A stretch of 64,000 nt of DNA, taken from positions 1,439,647 to 1,503,646 of the forward strand of contig CAJFCJ010000006.1 of NCBI GenBank assembly GCA_904063045.1, read 5' to 3'. Source of the DNA: Dimorphilus gyrociliatus. Its lineage: Eukaryota; Animalia; Annelida. A program made the position numbers and the translations under genes. The notes beneath the pieces are model-generated. The model was not told the DNA's origin. It ran no database searches and saw only the letters and a list, made by a program, of their open reading frames with translations. Shown here piece by piece: positions 53,219-64,000 of the stretch; position 1 is the first letter of the stretch; each line of letters opens with the position of its first letter.

Positions 53219-54757
53219 CGTTCGATGTACAACTGACGTCGAATTCTAGCGAAAGCGTCTCCTGACGTCACTAAACTCGTACTCGATCAACTATTATCGG
53301 TGATATATATATATATATATATATATATACACCGTATATACTAAAATATATTTCTACACATATATAGACTATATTCTGAAAATCGAATGCTTATTTTTAG
53401 ATGACCTAAAAGTAATAATTCTAGAGTTTTTAAAGGGTTCTACCTAAAAATGTATAGGATATATAAGTATATATATCAATATATACTAATATATACATAT
53501 ATATTTCAATTAAAATATCTCTATTCCCTCATTTGCATCACGAGATCGTGAAAGAAAAAACGTATATTGTATACATAATATTGTATACTCATATAAATTT
53601 ATTCAATTTGATCTTTTTATACATTTAAAGCACGCCAACGCAAGGTGTCACCCTGGGGAATTTCAATCGCCTAGTAAAATAGCGTCTAATTTCCACAAAC
53701 ACTTCTTTACAGGCCCATATCTAAAATACAAAACTATTTTATAAGAAAATAGGAGAAATATACGGTAGAATTATAAGATTCGTGAGTAATTGCCAGAAAA
53801 ACTTGTCTTAATTGACGTCTCACTTTTCAGTTATAGGTAGACGCATCTCTGTTATTGAGTGGAGTATTAGGAAATATGTAGAAAAGTGATATGAAAGTGT
53901 GGGCGAGGTCAAACTCTCGAGTGCTCGCATCGGTAAAACATCTCTTGTCATTAATACTAAAAGAACGGATCATTTTAATAAGAACATATTTAAATAAATA
54001 GTTGACTAAGGCTAAATTGTAATTTTATAGTTTTCACAGTATTTTAAGCAGGTGCCATCTGGTGTTCGCAAAAAGTTTACAAGCTTTAAATTAGATTGTA
54101 ATACAACAACCAACCTAACAATATAGCCTTTTTCCAGTTCAACAGTTTTGTTATGACTCGACCTATTGTAGGGAATAATAACTGTGGCGTTTGATTATTG
54201 ACAATTTTGTCAGTTTTTAAGATAAAAATCTCTAATAATATATAGGACGTAATAAACCATTTGTAAAATTAGATGAAGACACTAATAAAGAGCCAATGCA
54301 TTAAAACAGAAAGAGGTCTAGTTAAAAGATATCAGGTTGCTAACGAGCAACAAAATATATTCTGATACAACGATAGAAGCAAATTCGTATCTGTTTACGG
54401 TAGAAAAGTAAAATTGCTATACAATACCAACGTCAAGCCAAGTTACCTACATTCAAACAGTCAATAAGTCAGGTAAATAATAATAGAAATCGTTAATGAA
54501 AGAAGATATGTCCATAAATGAACAATTCTTTAATCTCTTTTATAATCTATTCTCCTTTCCTTAATTACGTATAGATGGACAGCAAAATTGAGTATACTCC
54601 TATAGTGACGTCAATTAACTCTTCCCACAGGGTAGAGTACGCATGCGCCCTAAGCCAAAATATTCTATACTTTTCTTTTTTTGACAAGATAAAAATACAA
54701 CAATTGTGGAAAATTACAGTTCAATTGAGCCCTTTACATAAATAAATAAATATACAG

Positions 54758-54789
<32 letters not shown>

Positions 54790-55606
54790 CGTACAATAAT
54801 TACAGAGTACTAGGTTAAGAATGGAGATATAAAAGAAATGAAACTAATAAAGGATTTAATCATTAAATTATAAATATAATGCTGCTGTGGAAGTATAGAC
54901 TATAAATATATTCTAAAAAAAAAAAAAAGAAAAAAAAAGATCTTTAAAAAACAAACAAAAGAAAATCTATAAAAGCTTTAAAAACACTTGGAAAAGAGAT
55001 GTTCGTTTTATTATCTTGATATTAATTTTTTAAAGCTTAATTGTTATATTTTTTGAATAGATACTCAAAAATCATAGTCATAACATGTGACTGAAAACAA
55101 ATATGAAATATGATGCTTATATCTAACACTAACCGTTAATTAGACTGTTAGGTGAGATTGAATTAATACGGGGGAAAAGGGATACATATATAAATTTATA
55201 CTTTTTATATGTTATATATTCTATTATATATATATATATATATATATATGTATAGGGTTTTTTTGAATTTTATTCAAACGAATATATATCTATGATTGGC
55301 AGAGAGAGAGAGAGAGAGAGGGAAATGCTAGCTTAATTATTGTCATATTTTTAATAATGAAATTTTTGAAAGATCGTAGGAAAAAACGAGGGCAAGGAGG
55401 ACCCTTTCAATTCTTATTATACTTAAAATAAATGAATATCACATAGAGACAACGGAAAATCTTTTACAAATGCTAATCTTTTGAAATAATTGCTAATATG
55501 TTAAATAATAGTAGTTATATACCGTATATACTAATATATACAATATATATTTAATATATATCTATCTAGTAATATACAAGATACAATATATAATATAACA
55601 TATACT

Positions 55607-55639
<33 letters not shown>

Positions 55640-58600
55640 GGTGTATATACTTATAATTTATACATGCAGTATATAAAATTTTCTTTCTAATATACCTTGA
55701 AACTAAACGACCTTCGTAGCATCGTCTAATTGCAAGACTGACGCAAAAAGCGTCGCCCACGACTTGCAACAGATTTTTGTATCTATATAAATTAAATTTT
55801 TTGGCCTACCTTATCTAAAATAAGGGGTATTCCAGGTTGTAATCCTTGGTCGATGGCGAATCTTCGCCTATCCGAAGTAAGTTTGTTCATATTCTGCGAT
55901 TCTGTTCTGTTCAAAAGCATGCCGTATCGCTAAATGGGTAGCGATAAAGAATCTTTAAGGTCGTATAAGTGTTTATATTGTATGTATAACAATATAACAA
56001 AAGTTACGTATTCCAATATATTATTAATATACGTCTACTGTAATATATATATTTATACACAAATAATATAAACTTATATGTATATACTGTTAAATTTTTC
56101 TATTTATATAGTTTCATTTATTTAAATATACTGTACATACGTATATAACTAGAACACTTTTTTTTTTACCGTTTTGTTTTTTATTCGATGGAAAAAAACT
56201 TATCGTTTTCTTGGCAAAATCATAACTTCCTTCCGGCGATAAAAACATATCCACGATGGTAAGAAAAATGTATCGGTTTGAAGGAAGCTATGTCATAAAC
56301 ATCTGCGAGGCATCAGCTAATTTTATAGCGTCGTTTTGTAAGGGAAGCCAGTTAGTTACACGACTGCAATTCTAGGCCTATCATATGTTGAAAATCGTTG
56401 ATAGATATTCTTAAGGATTAGAGTGAGGGTGGCAGGGAAAGAAAGTGTATGTCTATGTGTGTATGTATGTATGTGCAAGAGAGAGAGAGAGAGAGAATGA
56501 AAAAATTAGAGGTGAGAGAGTGGAAGAGTGCGAGAATAAGAGAGTGAGAGGAAAGTGAGAGGGGAACGGAAGAAAAAATATAAAAGAGAACGGAAAAATT
56601 CTATTTTTTTTTATTCAGTAAAGAAAATGAAAAGAGAGTAGAAGAAGAAGAAAAAGAAGAAGAAATAAGAATTAGATCGTGTATGAACCAAAAGAAAAGA
56701 GTACATTCTCTGTTGTCTTACTCTACTTTAGAATATTTCATTTTAGTAACCATAAAAGAAAAAAAATTTCTTCTTCTTCTTTTAACCATTCGGAGTCTCT
56801 TTTTTTTGTTTTATTTTTAATTCTCGTTTCGTTTCCTCCCCTTTCCTCTTTTCCTGTTTTTTTATTATCTTTTTTTGTCTCTTCAAGGTCTCAAAATATT
56901 AAAATCGAAGAAAAAGAAAGAAAACGAAATATAAAAGAAACAATTATTCCTATTATTAAGCCTATTCTTAAGGAATCAGTATATGAGACTATATAAAGTA
57001 TATATATATATATGTAATATACCGTATATCTAGTACATGAAATTATGCTGAAAGTTAGATAATGAGAGTGAAAAGAAAATTAGAACGCCATCTACAGACT
57101 ACAGTAAACACTAGTGTTATTATTTTAATCCTTAAAGATTGTTTACTGACGTCCACATCTGACACGTAATTGATTTCCAATGAATTATATATCTTAGACG
57201 ATCTGTCGCGTTATCAAAAAAACCTGTCTTGCATTCTTTAGTGTTTTTATACTCTTTTCTTTTATTTTTAATTTAAATTGGAAGACAAATCTTTTTTCAT
57301 AAGGATATCTCATGTCCTTAACTATTGTTATTTAGTTTATAAGTAATATATATATATATATATATATATATACTGGTATGTAAAAGGAAATAAATTATAT
57401 TGGTAATAAATTAAAAAAAGATTACTAAATTTAATAGTAAGTTGTCAAGGGCTACCTATTTAGAAAGGTGTCGACTGTTGACCGACTTTTAAGTCAGTTA
57501 ACTATAATATTAGAATATAATATATAAAGTTTTAGTAATATTTTTGTTATCAATTTTATAAACTGTATTAAAACCAACTTTCAGCTTTTACTGTTTAAAC
57601 TTTATAAGAGAGGATAGAGATAGTGAAAGAGAGAGAGTGAGAGATTGAAAAAAAAAAAAAGAGTTAAATTTGTACGCCTACTACACCAATAAACAAGTCA
57701 TAGATATTTTACAGTTAGATAAAAAGAAGGAGTGGAGGTGAGAGAAAATAGCGGAAAAAGAAAGAAAGAATGAGAGAGAGAGAAAGAAAGAAAGAAAAGG
57801 GAAATAAGAGAAAAAAAGAAAAGAAAAAGAGTCTAGATGATGAGAAGAAAAGAATGGGTCTATAATATAAGTTTAAATTAAAATATATTCTCTAAATAAA
57901 TTTTACGGGGTTAAGGCGCATTATTCAAATTGACAATGAAAGGAATTCTTATTCAATCTCGTTTTTTAATTGAAAATAAGCTAACAAAAAATATGACAAT
58001 AATGAACTATAGTTAAAATTTTATATATATATTTATATATATTCATAAAATTGACGACAATTCTTAAGCAACCAATTAAAATCTAATATTTCAAAATTTT
58101 AAATAGATAATTAGATATAATTATATAAACAGGAAGGACTATATTTAAAATAGAAATTTTTAATGGAAAATATAAGCTTTTTGTACAATTGTAACATGAT
58201 TCATTCCAAAATTAGCTACTAAAAATAATAACACACTCGTATTGACAGAAAACTTGTACTTTAAATTAAAATGATAGGAAATTATGTAAATAAATCCTTA
58301 CCTTAGTTTTTATCATTTCATTATTTAAATGTTTCCAATTCATTTAATATGAATTTCTGAATTTATCCTATGTTTATTTATAGTGATAAACTTGTTCACA
58401 TTCCTCTTTTTTAGCACAAAATAGTAAATATGCCGTACAACCTATATATATATATATATATATAAATATAGATATATACAGTTTACTATATACTGTATAT
58501 ATATATAGATATATATATAGTGTCGTTAAAAAATTTTTGTTGATATCATTTATGACTTTGTTCTCTCTCCCTATCTTACTAGTGAATACATACAGTATAT

Positions 58601-59165
58601 ATCTATTCTTTTCTTAAGTAATTTTAAATTAACAATAACACGTATTAAGTAGACTTAGACCAGTTAGGGTGTTTTTTTATTTAGTTTGCTAATTAATAGG
58701 AAAATAGAAGTTGAATAGGAGTTTGAAATATAGAAGATTTAGATTATATACAAATAAAATCTATATTTAGGCCATCTTGCAATCTCGTTTTAACTTTTCC
58801 AACTTAAAAGTGCGTTGAAACCTTGTCAGAAGGAGAGGAAAATACATTTTTAATGAGATTTGTGACCATAGGAAATTTTCTGGATATATACAAAAATCTA
58901 GCTTGAGTCACTCACTCACTCACACTCTCACTTTCGTTTGCGAATGAAAGAAAATATAAGCATCAATCTTGAAGCCGTAAACTGCACATTTTTTCATTTT
59001 TGTTAATGAAAAATGATTACAAATACTCTCTTTTATGATAGTCATTATTGTAGAGGAAAGTAGGCGTCTCTACTGTTGTAGGTTTGGGAGCTTACTCTTA
59101 GCCATTGCAGTTTTATAGCTTGACGTTGTGAGAGTACTGTAGAAGTTTAATTTTTTTAAAGGATT

Positions 59166-60739
59166 ATGAATAGAAGTGGAAATGAAACTAATTTGACAGA
59201 TAGATCACTTCTTCCAAGAGAATTATTCTTTAACTCGGATAGTGCCGTCAGTATAATCGCTTATTCTTGCCTCTTCGTTGTCGCTGTTGTTGGAAATTTA
59301 ACAGTATTTTGGACGCTGATACGGAAAAACAGGCGCAAGAAATCTCGTTTAAACCTCTTCATTCTACATTTGTGTATAGCAGATATGACTGTCACTTTCG
59401 TAATGATGCCTTTGGAAATAAGTTGGCATGCCACGGTTAGTTGGAAAGCCGGCGATATCGCATGCCGTATATTTATGTTTTTTCGAATATTTGGATTTTA
59501 TCTCTCCAGTTTTATATTAGTAATAATCTCTTTGGATCGTTATTTTGCCATCGCTCAGCCTCTTAGAATACATGACGGACATAGTCGAAGTAAAATATTA
59601 TTATCATTTGCATGGGCTCTAAGTATTCTGGCTAGCTTTCCGCAAAGCATTATATTTCACACCGAGGAACATCCTGACCTGAAAGGTTATAAACAATGTG
59701 TAACATACAATTTCTATCCAACCAAATCTCATGAATTGGCTTACAATGTCTTCAACTACATTTTAATATATTTACTGCCATTATTGGTTATTGTTGCGTC
59801 GTACTCCTTAATAATTCTACATATATCAAGAAGAGCAAATGGAATAAATGTACAAGGTGCGGGTCAACAGCAAATTAGAAAGGCGAAAACAAAAACTCTA
59901 AAGTTAACAGTTGTTATTGGTAAGTGTATTCGTATTTTTTCCCCTTCTCTATGTTTTCTATTTCGCACTAGGCACTGCTTTGCCACCTTCAACCTTCTGA
60001 TTCCCCTTTCCATTGCACCCTAACAATCAATTTTACAGTTAAACAACTCGCAATAATTTATACTTGTTTTACTATAAAAATTTCTTCAACTTCATGACCA
60101 ACAACTATTTAATCTTGTATTTAATTCAAAGCTACAAAGTTTTCTATAAATTTACTTTAAAAAGGAATTTCTTCCTTTCTATTTTTAATTAACAGTTTTA
60201 GCCTTCATCATTTGCTGGACTCCCTATTTCGTTATATGCGCTTGGTGGTGGGTTGATAGGTAAGTACCACTTAATCCCGTGAGGCTACGAGCATAGAAAA
60301 CGATTTGTGTAAACTCTAATTGACAGGCAATCTGCAGAGAAGATCAACTTGAAACTGCAGCGTGGAATTTTCGTTTTTGCAGTGTCAAACAGTTGTGTTA
60401 ACCCGATTATATACGGTGATAAATTTTTTCTTATTGATTATTTATTTAGATAATAATAAGTAATTTAAACGATAGAAGTTTTAATAAAAGCAACGAAGGA
60501 TTTCTCATAATTCCTCTTTTTACTTGTATTCATAACAGATTAATTGTTTTTTTAACTTGTTGGTTACAGGCATGTTTACGAAAGCAGTTAGAAATGAGTT
60601 CAAAGGTAGGATGAGATGCTGCTTAAGAATATTTAGAAGTCGACGCCATCATAGGCAAAGTTTAACTCTAACGGCAGTTCGGAATGGTGAAATAAACAAT
60701 GTTCGAATGAGATCTCGAATACTACAAGACCACTCGTAA
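59166..60739 (+). CDS. GnRH/AKH/corazonin-superfamily neuropeptide receptor; 4 exons
   Basis: LPRELFFNSD..AYSCLFVVAVVGN, LHLCIAD..MPLEISWHATVSW.AGD.AC, SLDRY, QCVT, ICWTPY, SNSCVNPIIYG. Confidence 0.92.
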
Positions 60740-61149
60740 TTATAATACAGAAATAACATTTTTAATCATAAGAAAATAATGAATTGTCTAAAATATAGAT
60801 GACAAAACAATGTATTTTTTCTCTAAACGCCCTCCAGTTACCTTTACTTTTACTAATATACATCTACTCTTTCTCTCTCTCGGTCTAAAAGTCAAATTTT
60901 AATCCTATTTGTACATATTTCATTAAGCTTTAGAAAATATTCCCTCTTTACTAGTTATCTGTCAAATGCATGTATTTATCTAGTCTACAAATAATTAATA
61001 TACTCATAACAGCAAGTCGACAGTAAAGGGAACACAAGATAACTGACTAAAGTGTATATGTATAAATTATATGTACGTACGTATATGTTTACTTATTTCC
61101 CTTATGACATAAGAATATAGTAACTTTCATAAGTCTTTACTTAAGAAAT

Positions 61150-61308
61150 TCAGCTTGGTAAAGAACTTATCGGCTTTTTGTTTCTTTGAAATTTGTTTTT
61201 GACTATCTTTTGGTGAATATAATTATTCCAGCGTTCACCGTTCAATTTCTCTAGCTGCTTTTCTATCGTTCTCCTTCTCTCCTCCCTTTCCTTCTTTTCC
61301 CTGTCAAG
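61150..61308 (-). CDS. Possible terminal coding exon of an unrecognised small gene
   Basis: 52 open codons LDREKKEREERRRTIEKQLEKLNGERWNNYIHQKIVKNKF..PS-stop, preceded by candidate acceptors (AAATAG, TGACAG). Confidence 0.3.
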   Translation of the reverse strand, partial: LDREKKEREERRRTIEKQLEKLNGERWNNYIHQKIVKNKFQRNKKPISSLPS

Positions 61309-62343
61309 CTATTTCTCCTTCATTTTTACTCACATTATTAAATTCGGCTAACACATCAAGCTTCTTGTGGTAATAGCCTTCAACGCTGGCTGGTTAAAAG
61401 TCATGCCCTTAGCACACACCGTCCGAAAGCGATTTTCGTAAAAAAAAAGAAATAAAGAGCTATTTCAAACTCGTTTTACATTGTTTTTACATTAAACGAC
61501 TACAATAAATATATTGCTTCCAGACAAGATGTCGAAGGCTTTCGTACTGCTTTTAATATCAATCTATTTTCCAGAGAGTTCTGTGGTCGATTGCTAGTTA
61601 GCGGTTGTGTCTTTAGATACTCCTAGCAGACTGAGATAGAGTTTGGAAAAGAAATTTTTATAAAATTCTTAGAGGACTTTAGAGAAAACTTATCATTTTC
61701 CTATAAGATCAAGATTCTTTACTTAATATTAAAAAAACAAAAATACCATATTGTGATAATGAATAAGCCTAAATTAATTAAATTACAATTAAGTGATTAA
61801 GTTAATATCTTTTTTAGCTAGGCTCACTAAGACGTTAGGTATTTTATTTACTTAGCTGTAGATACATACTCTATTGTTTTCATACAAGTAGAGAGATAGT
61901 AAGTGGCAACAAAACCATCTCATTCTCATGTTGTAGGATAAGCTGAAATCTTACTTTGACATTGTTAGGTTTTACAAATCTTTATCCTATAATTCCTGTA
62001 ACCTATATAATAAATTCACATTTAAAGTCACCTTTTTTTTTCAATTTATAATTTTATTGGAAGTAAGACGTAAAACTTATTATATCTAATAGTTAATAAT
62101 CAACAACATCTATACAATGCATAGAATGTATAAACAAAGTTTGTCTTTTAAATGCATGAATAGTTTGTTTTTTTTTTTTGCAGGCCATAGAAAACGACTA
62201 TCTTTCCTAGTTATTTAAATGAAATATTTGCTGTAAAATGAAGATTGATAGCATGCAGATTTTAGAAAAATCAAGTACAATATTATTAATAATCATAGCT
62301 GTATATAAATATATCATATATACATATATATTAATATATAAAT

Positions 62344-62374
<31 letters not shown>

Positions 62375-62684
62375 ATAAAGCTATTGTTCTGTGCATGACT
62401 TATATATATATATATAATATTACTTTACAGAAGCGACTTTGTAGTAAAAACTAAACACTGTCATTTATTTGAACACGCCTTTAAACAAGTGCCTTCCTTT
62501 TTTTTTCTCCTTTACATATTTACAGTAAACTTTTACATTGTTTCTTGTTGTATGAATAATTAAGAAATTAATTTAGTTACTAATTAACTAATTAACTTTT
62601 TTCTAATATTCCTTTGTTTTTTTTTCCTTATTATTATTATTATTACTATTATTCACACAATCATTTTCAGGATTTTATACTCTT

Positions 62685-62687
<3 letters not shown>

Positions 62688-62724
<37 letters not shown>
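62688..62724. repeat. (TA)n microsatellite; similar tracts at about 4545, 7224, 40919, 52870-52985, 53303, 54760, 55207, 55617, 57348, 58443, 63457
   Basis: Perfect dinucleotide runs. Confidence 0.95.
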
Positions 62725-62727
<3 letters not shown>

Positions 62728-63449
62728 CAATTATATGAATGATACAGGATAAATATTTCCTCTTATTATTACTAATAATGCCCTTTGAAGTGACGACTTT
62801 TTTCAAAACTCGGTTACTACGCAACTGAATCTGCTTGTAGCACCATATTTTTTTGTTGTTAAAATAAAAGAATAGCAAAAAATTTCACTTTAATTACAAA
62901 ATTGTTTGCATGAAAATCAAACTTGCTGCAATTATATAATAAATAAGTATGTATATATATATATAGATATCAATAAATAGCATCAAACTATATTTCAGCT
63001 CTATTAATAGATCTATAAGAAGTAGAAAAAAACGGTTATTGAACAATCGTAAGGCTGAAACTGTTGGTCAAAAAAGGGACTTAAACTTTTTTGTTTTTTA
63101 AGGAACTTTAGTTTAGAGAGCACCGTATAAAAGAAAACAAAATAATTATATATACACTTATCAATACATGTATGATTTCAATACAGTGATAAAAATAAAA
63201 TCATATTTTCTCTTTTGATTTCCTTTTGAATAAATATTTCATATTCGTATAGAACGTTTCATCTTTTTCCCCCTTTTTTTTCAGTTCTAAAGCTACCTCT
63301 TATCTTCTTTCCACCTCTTTTATAACTCTCTTTGTTTTTTACTTTACTTTACTTTATTCCCTCTTCAATCCTTTTTCTCCAAAAAATAGGATTTTGACCT
63401 CTTTATTGATAAAAATAAGCAAGAATAATAACTATATTATGTATAAATA

Positions 63450-63482
<33 letters not shown>

Positions 63483-63531
63483 AATACTGTATATATGTTA
63501 TACTCTTCTCATTTCTTCTCTTTAATCGTCT

Positions 63532-64000
63532 TTACAAATCGTATAAAGAACACCAAAAATTTTCACCACATTCCGAAAATGTTAGTTTATGTAAGCATTC
63601 CCCGAATAATTTGTTTGTTATCTTTTTACATTTCTTGACTTGAATATGCAAAGATAATTGTGTCTTGTTAACTGGACTAAATACAAACATTTCGTTAAAA
63701 TATGTTGTTTGTTCATTTTGTTTTTGATTGAATGTACGTCGTTTTTCCAAATGAAATTTTGTATCGTCATCTAACAGTCGAATTTGAACGAAAAATTCTG
63801 TATATGAGAAAGGAAAGGAAAAAGTAATGGGTGCAAGTTAGTTCCCAGATGCGTAATCTATGTAAATGTCATATCAAATTCGTTGAATGTTACTAACCGC
63901 TTCTCTTCCTTCTACCGAGCGTTTCCAACCTAATAACGGAAACAGTAAGCTCCTGGTCGAAAATAATGTTGATTAATAGCAAACCAGAAGGAAGCCTGCC
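63532..64000 (-). CDS. 3' end of a synaptotagmin-like C2-domain gene, truncated by the window edge
   Basis: GLLLINIIFDQELTVSVIRL|EFFVQIRL..EKRRT..YFNEMFVF..LHIQVK..LFGEC..FWCSL-stop. Phase-1 intron GTTAGT..TACAG. Confidence 0.7.

Noticed and set aside
54230-54480. Broken plus-strand frames suggesting a pseudogene or TE relic
   Set aside because: No recognisable domain, terminal repeats or target-site duplication.

Overview
This is eukaryotic DNA: AT-rich and gene-dense, with many short (about 40-90 nt) GT-AG introns and TA/CT microsatellites. The compact architecture plus a spiralian-type TALE homeobox suggests a small-genome spiralian, possibly the annelid Dimorphilus (inference). All gene models were spliced by hand and identified from recalled family motifs; no database search was run. 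About 19 genes are supported, in order: orphan type-I membrane protein, NT5C2, RWD-MJ1316-2H (LENG9-like), orphan GPCR, NCKIPSD, TATDN2, eh1-TALE homeobox, TDP-43, a very divergent ATD-bearing iGluR-fold gene, PAN/hemopexin secreted protein, M13 peptidase, NAA35, MED17, TSGA13-like gene, sarcospan-like, a second GPCR, an IR-type receptor, a PLEKHG5/7-like RhoGEF, a GnRH/AKH-type receptor, and the 3' end of a C2-domain gene. Two further cryptic minus-strand coding remnants are weaker. No tRNA, rRNA, CRISPR array or intact transposon was seen. Highlights: (1) an iGluR-fold gene lacking the ligand Arg and the SYTANLAAF gate; (2) a TALE homeobox with an eh1 repressor motif; (3) a TDP-43 intron whose pyrimidine tract is replaced by UG repeats; (4) a 10-nt coding last exon giving the RhoGEF a PDZ ligand, with its stop 8 bp from the convergent IR stop; (5) recurrent CTCF-like and RFX X-box motifs.
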